From assembly GCA_012295275.1 (NCBI GenBank), contig CM022676.1, positions 12,276,001 to 12,340,000 on the forward strand: 64,000 nucleotides of DNA, in the 5' to 3' direction. This DNA is from Chrysomallon squamiferum (lineage: Eukaryota; Animalia; Mollusca). The position numbers and the translations under genes were made by a program. Below are positions 12,601 through 26,561 of the stretch, in pieces. How positions within the stretch are numbered: position 1 is the first letter of the stretch; every line of letters starts with the position of its first letter. The notes under the pieces were generated by a model. The model was not told the origin of the DNA and did not search any database. It was given only the letters and a program-made list of their open reading frames with translations.

Positions 12601-15600
12601 CCTGAACACAAATTCGAGAGTAGATAAAATAGGAAAAAAATCTCAATTAGAAGATTCCTTACATGAATATAAGATGAAACATATCTGATGATAAAGAATC
12701 ACTTCCACTTATTCCTTCTAAAATACAGAAAATATAGAGAAATATAATAATCTTTAATTTATTGAAATAATAATTTTACAAAAACACAAATTCTTTCATC
12801 TATGACATTAATTATATGAATCCATAAAGTTATTAATTTATATACAGCTTATGACTCAAACATAAACAGAAATTTCTCTTCAGTAAAATATAGGCATGTG
12901 GAAAATGCTTATTCGTTTTTATTAAGCGTATGAATATTTATACTGCAGTGGAAATAAGATATAATTTACATAACTGAGCACTTATAAATAAATATTGTCA
13001 AAATCACAGTACAAAGTTACAATCTCTATTCACACCACACTAGAACCCAAAACAAACGTAAATTATTGTGGTCAGGATCTACTACAGCAAGTTTCGCAGC
13101 TTTATCCTAAAATGCAATTGCAAACATATCTAGATTATTAATGGATGCAAAAATAGTAAATATTTTGCAGGTCCTAAATCTCATTGAAAAAAAAAAAAAA
13201 AAAAAGAAGCTCTATTTATGTTTTACAAAATACTGCACTTGAAAACCAAAAAAAACATCTTTCAGACTTCAGAGGTCTGCTAAAACGTGGAGTTTACAAA
13301 AACATAAATATGCCTGGAATCATGTTGAATGTCTGAATTATCAAACTGTGTGCGAAATAGCTTGAACTTGCACAGTTTAATGGTTAAGCTCATTTTGTGG
13401 GCTCTAGTTGACATGACAAAACAGCACTTCCACCAGTATAGGAAGTTGGTAATGTCATCTTTAAAAATATTGTAAAAAGCTGCCATACAACAATAAAATT
13501 ACTTATTTTCCAGAAAACAAATCTAAATCAATATGACTGTCCACTTTAGTAGTGGAATAATAATTTCAGAAACTGCTGTCTGCGTCAACGTTAAGAAGGT
13601 GTCTGCTGATCTAAGGGACATTGAAAAATAATCGGGATCCATATTAATAGCTGCACATAATGATTCAAAGATTTGTTTATAGAACACATTCAACATTTTA
13701 AAAGAGACAACATTTCTACTGCACTTGCTATTTAACACTTAGGCAAAGGATCTGCCTGGGAGTGAAATATGCAGTTTAAATATATACATTAACATTAACC
13801 GACTGCATTTACTATATAAATAGTGTGAACATCCTTAGAAAATAAGAAATTATTTTTTTCTGTAAAACTTTATGTAAATCGTAACAGAAACTATGAAAGG
13901 CAAAACTGACCTGAAAAAGTAACATTTACTGAGCCTTTAATTGTATCAGCAACTAAATCACTACATTGCCAAATTCCCTCATCACGTTCGGGATTTAAGC
14001 TCTGAACAGATAGTGTGTATGTTTTATTGGTGGATGCAATAACTGAATATCCTGGGATGAGTGTGTCACAGCTGCTGATATCAAATGATTTACCACACTG
14101 GACAACAACGTATAGTTCAGGACTGTTAAAGCGTAAAAGACCTCTCACTGAGCCACTTATTATCTCACAGGTGAGGTTGAGAGGACGTTTTCTGAAAGCT
14201 TTTCCAGCTGTAAGATTCATTTGTGTTACACCTGTAACAAATAAAAAACAACTAAAATTTGTTTTATTGTTATAATAAAAACACTTTGTGCAACATTTAA
14301 ACCACGGTTACTGTAGCTGTATGTACTTGTGTGTTTTTGTTAAATTTTGTAAGTGTTCCTTAACGTTCCTGATAAGTGACATTAAGCGTATGAATATTTA
14401 TATTGGAGTGGAAATTAACATATAATTTACGTAACTGAGCACTTATAGATAAATATTGTCAAAATCACAGTACAAATTTACAATCTTTATTCACATCCAC
14501 ACACTATAACCCAAAACGAACGTAAATTATTGTGGTCAGGATCTCCTATAGCAAGTTTCGCAGCTTTATCCTAAAATGCAATTGCAAACATATCAAGTTT
14601 ATTAATGGATGCAAAAATAGTAAATATTTTGCAGGTCCTAAATCTCATTAAAAAAAAAAAAAAAAAAAGCTATATTTATGTTTTACAAAATACTGCACTT
14701 GAAAACCAAATAAACCACCTTTCAGACTTCAGAGGTCTGCTAAAACGTGGAGTTTACAAAACATAAATATGCCTGGAATCATGTTGAATGTCTGAATTAT
14801 CAAACTGTTTGCGAAATAGCTTGAACTCGCACAGTTTAATGGTTAAGCTCATGGTTACTGCATTTTGTGGGCTCTAGTTGACATGACAAAACAGCACTTC
14901 CACCAGTATAGGAAATTGGTAATGCCATCTTTAAAAATATTGTAAAAAGCTGCCATACAACAATAAAATTACTTATTTTCCAGAAAACAAATCCAAATCA
15001 ATATGACTGTCCACTTTAGTAGTGGAATAATAATTTCAGAAAGTGCTGTCTGCCTCAAGGTTAAGAAGGTGTCTCCTGATCTAAGGGACTTTGAAAAATA
15101 ATCGGGATTCATATTAATAGCTGCACATAATGATTCAAAGATTTGTGTTAGAGAACTCGTTCAAAATTTTAAAAGAGACAACATTTCTACTGCACTTGCT
15201 ATTTAACACTTAGGCAAAGGATCTGCCTGGGAGTGAAATATGCAGTTTAAAAGTATACATTAACATTAACCGACTGCATTTACTATATAAATGGTGTGAA
15301 CATCCTTAGAAAATAAGAAATTATTTTTTGCTGTAAAACTTTATGTAAATCGTAACAGAAACTATGAAAGGCAAAACTGACCTGATAACGTAACATTTAC
15401 TGAGCCTTTAATTGTATTAGGAACTGAATCACTACATTCCCAAATTCCTTCATCATGTTCGGGATTGAAGCTCTGAACAGATAGTGTGTATGTTTTATTG
15501 GTGGACGCAATAACTGAATATCCTGGGATGATTGTGTCACAGCTGCTGATATCAAATGATTTACCACACTGGACAACAACGTATAGTTCAGGACTGTTAA

Positions 15601-16078
15601 AGAGTAAAAGGACCTCTCACTGAGCCACTTATTATCTCACAGGTGAGGTTGAGAGGATGTTTTCTTAAAGCTTTTCCAGCTGTAAGTTTCATTTGTGTTG
15701 CACCTGTAACAAATAAAAAAGAACTAAAATTTGTTTTATTGTTATAATAAAAACAGTTGGTGCAACACTTAAACCACGAATACTGTAGCTGTATGTACTT
15801 GTGTCTTTTTGTCAAATTTTTGTAAGTTTTCCTTAATGTTCCTGATAAGTGAGATGTACTGACTTCCTTTTCTTGTAGGTGATTCACCATTTTGTTGTCC
15901 AGTTAAAAATAACAACAATAATAGTAAATGAAAAATTATTTTAAAAATAAAATGAGTAATAGTTTCGTATTGTATTATTTCTAAATTCATTTTCTAATTT
16001 AAATATATTACCTTCAGCAAATATCAGTAAAATGATAAAAAGATGAAAGAAGAAGATCCAATTCAATTGTAAAGCCAT
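12284..16078 (-). CDS. G4: GPI-type Ig protein with two tandem Ig exons (upstream one frameshifted)
   Basis: Exons (minus): 16012-16078 MALQLNWIFFFHLFIILLIFAEG; 15382-15703 Ig-a (322 nt, +1 nt near 15608, TAA at 15597); 13911-14231 Ig-b (321 nt, intact); 12663-12717 EGISGSDSLSSDMFHLIFM; 12284-12320 FINTLVITDLL*. Skipping Ig-a gives a ~159 aa protein. Confidence 0.85.
12921..15852. repeat. Intragenic tandem duplication, ~1.47 kb unit containing the Ig exon
   Basis: Units 12921-14379 and 14381-15852; junction cctgataagtga-c-attaagcgtatg at 14380. Confidence 0.93.
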
Positions 16079-17804
16079 TGAATATTAAATCTGAAATGTA
16101 AAAATAAATATTTCAGTAGATATTCATAATTAATTATTAATGGAACCCTTTAGCAACTTAAAACTTGCCTCTGGAATATATGGGTGCCACACAATTCTTT
16201 GGCGTTGTTACGGTATGAAAAAAAAAAAAAAAGAAAAAAGAACAGCATTGGGATGAAAAAAAAATGTATTAACTGAAGAGTCATATAGCAATATTCAGCT
16301 TTTTGATTATTATCTTTTAATATTTTTACTGATGTTTTTATGTTCGCATGTTTTACCAGATTGACATTTACGGATGTTTTCAGTATAACAGTGTATGATG
16401 TATGTTGGATACATTTTAACACATGATAACCAAATCAGAAAGAAAAACAACTACAATTATTTTGAATGTAACAACTGTATCTATATCAATTGATAGATAA
16501 AATTACTTCAGTATGTCAGAAGGGTTAGGCCTGAATGAAACCAACAGCAATGTGTTGCTTTCTTGTTTACAACGTTTTAATGATTTTTTAATTCTCAGGA
16601 TCTATATCCACCATCAGGCAACAACATAACGAAAGAGAAAAAGATTATTAAATTTATATTTTAAAATAATGATACTTTATGTACATTGTGAAAAGGGAAA
16701 TTGTATATAAAAGTTGTAATTAAATCAAAGTCCATAAAGTTCACGTTAAGAAATTATGATTAATGTTTGTTTTGCACAAGATTTGACTTTATCTGCTTTG
16801 CCTTGAAGCTTTTCCTCAGTAATGCACAGCAATTGATAATTGTCACTGAGGCATTTGTCCAAACAAAATCAGTTAGTCGCATTTTCATCAAGATAATAGA
16901 CAAAAATCGTCTTTTCGTGAATCATTTAAACAGTTCCAAGAAGTGATTTGTATAAAGCAAAAGTTTATGTTTACATCAACAAACGATGCTGTTCTGTTCT
17001 ATGAAAGAGGAAACAAACAAAGAGCTTTTTCTGTAAATATGAGTTCTGGTAACAGGAGTATGGTGCAGATGATATTGATTTGATCAGTAACATTTAAAAA
17101 TAAATGTTGTTTAATCCAAGTATATTTTTACAAATAATAATAAAAAGAAAAAATTGCTAAAATATTTGTTCTTAATGGCGTGCTATATGAACGCTCGAAG
17201 GGTTACCTCTCGTTGAAATGAAAACAAATTGTTGTTCTTCCGAAACACGCAATAAACAACAACACACAAACAAAAAACAAACAAACAAACACGAACAAAA
17301 CGAAAAAGCAACAATAACGTAGTAACTACTTAGAAAGTAGAATTCCGAAGAGTTGTGTTCAGGTTAATATTTGTTACAGCAAAATTCTTGCGATAAGTTG
17401 TCAGTAATCGGCCATAGAAACATAAATATTTTTGTAATGACGTCACATTTAAATAATTATGATTCCGAACTCCTGCCCAGTTTTTTTTTTTATATTTTTG
17501 TTATATTTTTATTTTATGTTCAATCATATCTATGTTAAAGTAGTTATGTGCCAATAACAATAATAAGAATAAGAATAAGAATAAGAAGAATAATAATAAA
17601 AATAAGAATAAGAATAATAATAATAAAAATAATAAACCAATAGCAACAACAACAACAACAACAACAACAAAAAGAACAACAATAATAATTCCCGTTTTGC
17701 GAAAGTATTTTCGGGAGAAAATTAAAAATACTTTTCGAACAGAAAATGGAAACATTCCAAATGAAAGCAATGGGGAAATGTGTACAAAGTGGATATAAAT
17801 GTTT

Positions 17805-18500
17805 TTGTTCTGAAAATTGTAAAAGCGGAGAACTACGACAGTAGTTTTGGGGTTGGTGCACGTCAGAAGGGTACAATAAGTAAATATTATCATTCAGTAG
17901 TAACATAGATGCTTTATCCAACTTGGCTGACATAATATCTAATGAACTAAAGCCATTAGAAAACTGACAAACATTATTGCACATTTTAATTATCAAAGAT
18001 ATTATACTGCAGGTAATAGTGAGTAGATAATGTTCTACATTAATTACCACCCTATTTCTTTAGGAACATGGTATTCAGGACTGAACTTTTGCGATGTTGT
18101 CCATTCTGCTAGTAAGTCACTTCTTTCATTTCTCATTCTTAGCCTAAATGTTCCTGCTTCTATTTGCCTAAGGCTGGTTTGTAACTGCACTTTAGGTTGA
18201 TGGTTAGTATAATCTTTTGTCATTGAAGCAACTATCTTTGTCTTCTGAGTCTGACATTGATGAAACATTTCAGTGTATAGTGCTTTTTGTTTTACACAGG
18301 ACAATTTCTGACACCCTCGTGTATGCCTCCTCTTTACTGTTGTTCTTCTTTCTGAAAACATCTACACGTGCTTGGCCATTGTTTGCAGTGCAGAGGAGGC
18401 AGTACGTGGCCAGTTTATAATCTCATGAAGCATTCATCTTTTCTCCTCACTTCTGCTGACCCAGTCACATGCCAGACCAGTCTGGTTTTTCTAAGTTCCT
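17805..18500 (-). mobile_element. Duplicate of the putative hAT fragment at 4780-5480
   Basis: Part of the segmental duplication; ORFs 18044-18361 and 17544-18050 carry the same motifs. Confidence 0.35.
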
Positions 18501-19900
18501 TTTCCAAATCCTTGTATATGAATGTGAATACACTGGTTTTACTCCTTTTAATATTATGCACAATATATGTATATGTATACATGCATGTAGATATATGAAT
18601 GTATGTATGTATATATGTATTGGCACACTGATATATTATCTGGAGATATATTATCTGGAGTACATAGAATATAACGAATGACTATTTTGTTTTCAAACTC
18701 AACACTGTTTAATATTATTAAATTTCTTCATGATTCTATGATGAGATAGGAAAAAGAGTTTCTCCCTTTCCTTGGATGGCTTATGTTTGTTAAAATAAAG
18801 ACATTTATACAAGACATCTCATGTTTTGTAAAAGTATTCGAACTGAGTAATGAGAGAAATGGCAAATAACAGCACCAAATGTGGGGTAAACCATCATAAT
18901 TAAGCTTGTCTGCTGATCTAAGCATACTAAGTTTATGGTCAGATTATCTTTCATTTTAAGTTTGATTTATTATTGTGTACATAATTTGAATGAAGAAATA
19001 AATAAAACAAATAGCTAACTATTACTCTAGATCAGCTAGTTTCAGATAAAATGGGAACATAAAAATATAGTATTTTAAAATGGATGGCTAATAGGGCAAG
19101 ATAACTTATTTTATTTTTTACATACATTTTTATATTTTTGTTTTCTTTTATTAAAAGGATAAAATTAATAAATGAATAATATTTATGCTAATCGGTGTTA
19201 TGAGGAATAATTCACTTTCATAAATATTGATTTATGATTACTGTTTAAATATTGATTTAGTATTATTAATTGGTTTGAAGCATGTTTTTTTTTCTTTTCT
19301 TTTTTCCTTTCAGTTCTAATTTCTAAAACTTGAACTATTTGTTTATGTGTGTGCATGTGTGTGCATGTGTGTGTGTGTGTGTCCAACTATCACTGTAACC
19401 AATGGCAAGATATAATTCAATAAATGATAAATTTATATATTTTTGATTACTACAAAAATGTAGTTCTTTTAGGATAGAACAGTTTTCACTTCAATAAGGT
19501 ACTTATTATTTGCATTTACGTATGTTTCAAGTTATTTCTTTAGTGTTTAATAGCTGTTCCAATTTAAAATTCTTGGGAATGGAGAGATGAGAAATAAAAC
19601 AGTTAATTTCATTTAGTTTTTATATTAATTTCGATTACAGATATACAAAATAACTGGTTACTGTCTTAAGATAACAACCTTATCCTGCTCAGCTCAAAAG
19701 GACAACTCTAGTGAACATATCTTGACACTATTGATAGTGATTAAACGATAAATGTGTGTGTTTGTGCGTGTGTGCGCGCGCGCGCGTGCGTGCGTGTGTG
19801 ATATTTTTCCTTGTCGAAAATTTGGCACTGCTTTTTTTTAATCAAATCTATGAAAACAGAAACATGCTAGATTAAATTAATTAAATACAATAATTGAAAT

Positions 19901-21769
19901 AACATACACAATATCTGTTAATTACTTCTATCCTGAATTTCATGAGGGAATCTGGATATGCACTGATGCAGATCCTAGTTCAGTAAAAGGCAAAGCAAAC
20001 GTTACATCATCAGGTGAGTTTCTTCAACTGCATCTTTCAACTTATTACCATCGAAACATGGCACAAAAACTTAAAGTGCACACATTTATTATTACAATAA
20101 GCTGTTTGTCACCTGTCTGTGAATTTTTGTGTTTTCAGCTGTGTTTTCAGTTGTTACTAATGAACTACCACTGATAAAGAACAACAGTCAGTCCTTAGAT
20201 GTGTCAGTTCTTGGAGTCTGTACATACCAAGCAGCTCAGTGTACTTGGACTTACACAGTTGGTACATTTTGGTGAATTGATTGTAGGTTGTACAATACTA
20301 AATAATGATATTAAATACAAAATATGTTTGTTGAGAGTTCAGGAGAAATTTATAAACAAATCTAAAGATTTTACATAGCCTTGATAAGTACTTGTAGATG
20401 ATTTTTTTTTAATTAAAATTATTCTTTATAAAATCTGATTGATTTAATATGTTTTTGGTTTAATGTTTCTAATTTTCTTTTTTTATTTCACCTTTTTTTC
20501 ACGTAATATTATTATTTCCTTTTAATATTTAATTTAGCCAAAAAAGAGTAATGTACAACCCATACCTAAAGAGCTAACTAATGTTTACACTGAGGATCTA
20601 CATTGTGTACAAGGAGATGTAAAGACAACTTGCAATTTAAAGTTTAACAGAGTACCAGACAAATTTTCTGAAAAGCTTTTGAGCATTAATGTTTCAATTC
20701 GTCACATTTCACTTATTTATCCAGTTCGTCCTAAGGGCAGTCCTATGATATACTTTGGAAGTAAGAATTAATTGTTATTATTATTATTATTTTTATGATC
20801 AGATTATACAAAGTAAAATAGATGTAGAATTATGTTGCTGAATTTTGTAGGAAAATTTTGATTCATTTTGAATTTATTTATAATTACTGATTGATTTTTG
20901 GCAGAAACATGTCATTATTTTATTTAGTTCTCATTAGTGTTAACGTGAGGGAGGCTGTACAAGTACAAAAGTAGTGGGTATGTGTATGTACATATAATAT
21001 ATACATAAAACTAATAGCTTAGGAGAAAGATATTTTTGATTTTTCACTATTTCAACGAATTAAGAAATTAGTAAAGGTTTCTGTATTTGTATTTTGTAGC
21101 TCCTGAAACAAGCGGAAGTGATTCTGTATATTACACTATGTTTTATCTTATGATCATGTAAGTAATCATTATTTTTTATGTTTATATTATTTCATTTATT
21201 TTTTACCTTTCTGTCTGCCTGTCTGACTACTTATTCTGTGTAAATGTGTCTTGTGTGTAAAAGTATCTTACCAAACTCCACTGCCATACTCTTATCATTA
21301 AAAGATCCTTTTCCACGACCTCATTGCATATGAAATGGAACTGCCTGTATGTCTTGTCGCTTGTTTTTGTTCACACCTCATGTTTTCCTTATATATTATA
21401 TTCCCGCTGAATAAAAACAACCGAATCAAAGAGACAAACTAAAGACCAGCTTGACAAATTTTAAAACTGCTATTTTATTAATAGTGACTAAACAATCATA
21501 AAATGATTACTCTATCATAAGAGTATCTGCTGTTAGTATAGAGAAAACCAAATTGAAACAGTTTCTTATGTATTTGGGTTTCAGTGTTAAAATAAATATG
21601 AAATTATCTGTTTTCATTATACTGTGTACAATAATAGTTTTGCACTGTTTTCTGTTGTTTTTCTACTTCAGAGTTTCAGTTCTCTTTTATTTTTTTCAGG
21701 TTTATCAACATTTTAGTCATCACTAATTTGCTGTTGTCAGAGCTGGCAGATAAACACAGATATGACTAA
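19901..21769 (+). pseudogene. G5: two-domain family member, first Ig exon 5'-deleted, downstream exons open
   Basis: Partial Ig 19901-20013 (TYTISVN...HEGIWICTD..NVTSS, no acceptor); exon A 20139-20257; exon B 20538-20760 PKKSNVQPIPKELTNVYTEDLHCVQGDVKTTCNLKF...GSPMIYFG; stalk 21100-21157 TPETSGSDSVYYTMFYLMIM; last exon 21700-21769 FINILVITNLLLSELADKHRYD*. Confidence 0.82.
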
Positions 21770-21987
21770 GATACTAACAAGCAACTGAACTATATTCGTC
21801 TTTCTTGCTTTGGATTATAAACTAATTATTATTATTATTATTATTATTATTATTTTATTATTTAATTAAACAATTAATTAATGTATTTGTTAATTTATTT
21901 TAAAGTATTTAATAGATAATCTTAATAAAACTGTAATTTATATGTCTGTGCATATGTGTTTGTATGTATTTATCTTTGACACAATGT

Positions 21988-22073
<86 letters not shown>

Positions 22074-22482
22074 ATCTGCTAATAGCAATGAGGTAAATGT
22101 TATTTTAACAATAATAATACATAATATGGTTTTGAAATATGCAACAGAGACTGCATTGATTAGATAAGAGTGCTCTTGTATCTTTACTCTGGTTTTTTTT
22201 GTTTTTTTATTGAGAGAGTGTTTACTGTGTAGAGAATATCTTGAATTATTATTACTTATGTAATTATTGTGATGTCATTCTTCTTTTATTTATAAATAAC
22301 ATATTTAGTAAAAAAATTATCATTTTCAAAGCATTATTACTAACAACAAATATCGCATTACATTTGAGATAATTTTTAATACTTATTATTTCAAAATGTT
22401 ATTAAGAATTCAAGTTATTAAGTACATCATAAAACATTTTATTTATTTATTTATAATTATCATTGTAATTATTCTTATTATA

Positions 22483-22532
<50 letters not shown>

Positions 22533-23010
22533 GAAGTTCCAATATTTATACATATTTTTATTTTTAAGATTGTAATGACAGTAAACTTTTACTTTTATTA
22601 ATATTTTCATACTTTCACAATTTATCTGTGATGTTGCAGCTTTTCTATTTATTATTTGAACTGGAATATTTCCCTGTGTAATATTTAAATTGTTACATTA
22701 ATGATTTCATTAATTATTATTTTTCTTATGGCAAATTCTAGAATATATACACTTCTGAAATTTACTGTTAATATGAAGTGATTTAATGTGCATTTACTTT
22801 GACCTGGAAAATATAGGTGACTTCTGCTTGGAATCCATGTATCACATCTCTAACATGTGTGAAGCCTACAAAATTTTATGTTGCAGAAATCAGCCTGTTT
22901 TTGCACTGCCTTGAAAAATCAACACCAAAATAACATAGTGTTTCTTATCAAGGCACGGAAACAATAGTTATTCCTCTCAGTTATTCCTTTTTTAGAGTGA
23001 GATTTTATGA

Positions 23011-23066
<56 letters not shown>

Positions 23067-23952
23067 CGAACAACAGAAACTAAATATACGTTTATGATTT
23101 TTATTATTATGATATTTCTTATTTATTTGTTTGTTTATTTATTTAGTAGTAGTAGTAGTTGTTGTTTTTGTAATAAATAAACTGAAGAAACCTTCAGTGA
23201 CACAATAAACAAAATATAAAAAATGGGTAGATGAAAATTCGGAATTTTGTGTGAAGAATATACAATAGTAAAATGAGCAATGAAACAAAAACAAATATTT
23301 TTTATCTGTCTCTACTTCTGTTCACTATCTCCACCTCTTCTTGTTATTTTTATTATCTTATATTTACAGACTGTGTGTGTGTGTGTGTATATATATATGT
23401 TTGTGCGTTTCTGTGTTCTTATTTGGACTGCTCAAGAGCAGAGCAATTTTGTGAGCTCTGTTGTTAAGTTACTAATTAAAGCATGTTTGCATCAAATATT
23501 GTAAAAAAAACTGTACTCACTTACATGTGATACTGATCAAATATGCACACACACACACAATATCGGACAACAAAACCAATAAAAATTCCTATAAATATAT
23601 GTATATATGTATGTATGAAATTGTGTTTTTTGTTTATGACTTTATTTATTTATAGCAGGCCCAGATTAAGATCTTAGAAGCCCTAAGGCTAAATGCTTAT
23701 ATATATTATCCCTGGACCATGTTGCAGTTAATTTCATCTAACTTTATTGATGCCTAAATCCAAGATGTAAGTTTATTATTAACCTCTGTTACTAATATTT
23801 TTCATTTATTTTATTATTACTGATTAAATAAAAAGTGTGTTTGTGTAAGACAGAAAAACAAACAGGAAAAGACATCATTAACAACCATTAAACAGTGTAA
23901 TCAACATTACCCCCCTCTCCCTCTCCCTCCCTCCCTCCCTCCCTCCCTCCCT

Positions 23953-24009
<57 letters not shown>

Positions 24010-24328
24010 AAAACCAAAGACCACTGTAAATGAGAAAGCTTTTAAAGACAATTATCAAAGGATAATAAAATTAACTGTAACAGATTAATAATCAAATATG
24101 AATAAAACATTTTGTTTTTAATATTAATACAAAAAAAAAAAATAACAAAACAAACTAAAGGAGAAAGGAATATGGTAATTTCTTAATTGAAATCTGAAAC
24201 TATTTAAAAACATGTTAAGGAAAAAACACTATTCATATTGTTATATTCAACAGTCATGTAGAAAATCATTGCTTAATTATATTTCAATCACATCTCAGTG
24301 TTACTCCATATGCAACGTGTATGTAGAT

Positions 24329-26561
24329 CTACAGCAAACCAGTGATCACTAAAGTGTTGAAGAACCTGAAGAAAAATAAAATAATAGAAGATGAATTGAA
24401 ACTCTCAAGTAGAAATAGTAACAGACATCAGAGAAATGGACAGAGAGAGAGAGAGAGAAAGAGAGATACATTTGATGGTTAGATGTATTTGTGTGTGTGT
24501 GTGTGTGTGTGTGTGTGGAGAGAAAGACAGAGAGAATGAATACAAATTAACAATAAATAAAACATTCAATAAAAATTGAACAATTAGAAGACTACTTACA
24601 AAATTAATAGATAAAACATATCCAAAGTTTCACAATTACTTCCACTTGTTTTTTTCTCTGAAATATACAAAAATGTACACAGGATTAAACCAGTGTTAAT
24701 GTGTATCTTCAGTATTTTCTCTTTCTAATCATATTTCTAAGATGTTATACACAGGATTAAACCAGTGTTAATGTGTATCTTCAGTATATTCTCTTTCTAA
24801 TCATATTTCTAAGATGTGTTTGGTCAAGAATATGCAGAACATTATTTTCATACATGCTCTATTTAAAGTTCAGGCTAATGAGGAGAAATAAAAACTTTTA
24901 GAAGAATGTTTCATGTTATTATTTTTTATATTCTTTTATTTTTTATTTATTTTTTTTCTTCCTTTTTTTAAATTTTTTTTCGTCCTTTTTTTTTTTTTTT
25001 TTTTTTTTTTTGTGCTATTAAAAATCATTTGGAAGAATGAATTGCTAATGAATACACATTCTCCAATACAGAACAAATTTATAAAAATTTTGGATCACTG
25101 TTTTCAGAGTTTATTGAGACCGATGACTGCTCTGTGAAATTAGTTTGTTAGTATGCATTATTCAGTATGCATCTTCATAAATCAAATAAATCAATATTAT
25201 TCAGATATATCACTCATTAGTGAATAAACACTGATGATGTCGTTAGACAAATTCTGCTGTTATATGCAAAACCAATAAGGTAAAAATTACTAATGTGTAA
25301 AGGAATTTAGTAACGAACAAGTAAGAGGTCTGAACAGGCTGAAATATAAGAAATACAATGGGTTTTCAGTAAGATATGATATTATTTTTCACGTATGTCA
25401 ACATAAAAGAAAGAAAAAAGTACATTTATATATACAGAAATATATACAGAGCATATTTATCTGAGAAAGATACAAACCAACGTAAAGTGTAATATTTATT
25501 GAGCCAAGAACTGATCCAGAATCTCCATCACCACACTTCCATACTCCACAATCAGCACTAGGATCAAATTTTTCAACAGTTATTGTGTATGAATCTACTG
25601 TGGATCCAGTAGCTGAGTATCCAGGGTAAGACGATACGCATTTTGTGAAGTCGAAAGAATCATCACACTGAACAACACCAGATGAATCCGGTCGATTAAA
25701 CTCAAAAGGACCAACTATACCTCCACCCACTAACCGACAGGTGATGCTCAGAGGAAGTCCTTTGAAAGCATTTCCACTAGACATTGTTGTTGTTGTCCTA
25801 CCTATTTGTAATAAACAGAAACAGTCCCATTTGAAAATCAAAACCTAAACACTTTATAAATAAGGTAAACAAATTTTGATATTAATGAATGTGTGCAGTG
25901 GCCCAGGGGTAAATGAGTTGTGACATTAAATCTTAATTTTTTTTTAAAGATTATGTGTTGAATATATTTAAAAAAATTATACGATTGAAAATTAAAAGAT
26001 AGAATTAGTAATGAACAGTTAGGCCTCCTGCCCCAGATATTAAAAAAAGAAAAAAAAAAAGAAAGAAGTGTTCATTTATTTATTTATTTAAATTATTTTT
26101 TTATTTTCACACTGTCCAAGATATAGCCCTTTAATTTTATAGTCTTCTTGATAGTTTATTTCCAAATGTTATTCAGAAGCCTTCTCACAACTTCTAAATT
26201 ATGTGAGCCTTATCAAGCACCTGGTTGATAGACAACCTCTTTGGTAGTCCTATGATTTTTGAACAGAAAGGTTGAAAGCTTTTGGACATACTTTAATCAA
26301 ATGTCATTATTTCCTTAATAAAACACTTGATGCTTAAAACTTGTACACATTATTTACATATCTTAAACAGTCCTAGTAAGAAAATGAATTGATTTTGTTA
26401 TTTTAATAATTAACTATCACTTATACATTTTGTCTTGAAATTAATCTTATTTTCAAAAAGGTTTAGAAATGTTTAATGCCAGTAATTACATTACCTTCAG
26501 AAGTTGTCAGCAAAATGACAAACACAGAAAGGATGAAAACGCAGTTTATCTGTACACCCAT
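24329..26561 (-). CDS. G6: single-Ig GPI-type protein with two extra cysteines
   Basis: Exons (minus): 26495-26561 MGVQINCVFILSVFVILLTTSEG; 25478-25801 Ig (donor TTG/gtttgt is weak, end uncertain); 24600-24657 EKKTSGSNCETLDMFYLLIL; 24329-24365 FFNTLVITGLL*. Confidence 0.82.
24676..24817. repeat. 72 bp tandem duplication (2 copies) in G6 intron 2
   Basis: acacaggattaaaccagtg... begins at 24677 and 24749. Confidence 0.92.

Larger units (their letters stand above)
12183..20606 (+). repeat. Segmental duplication, copy 2 (partner 1-7833)
   Basis: Colinear with copy 1, plus an internal 1.47 kb tandem duplication. Lacks copy-1 stretches ~3311-4075 (join ~17084) and ~6805-7115 (join ~19900). Confidence 0.95.

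Noticed and set aside
12405-12646. SL-, RE- and CV-repeat ORFs (also 28250, 34862, 42871, 49888, 60424-60800)
   Set aside because: Dinucleotide microsatellites; only the last 37 nt of 12284-12646 is a real exon.
24676-24817. 72 bp direct repeat as a CRISPR-like or functional array
   Set aside because: Two adjacent copies, no spacers, eukaryotic intron.
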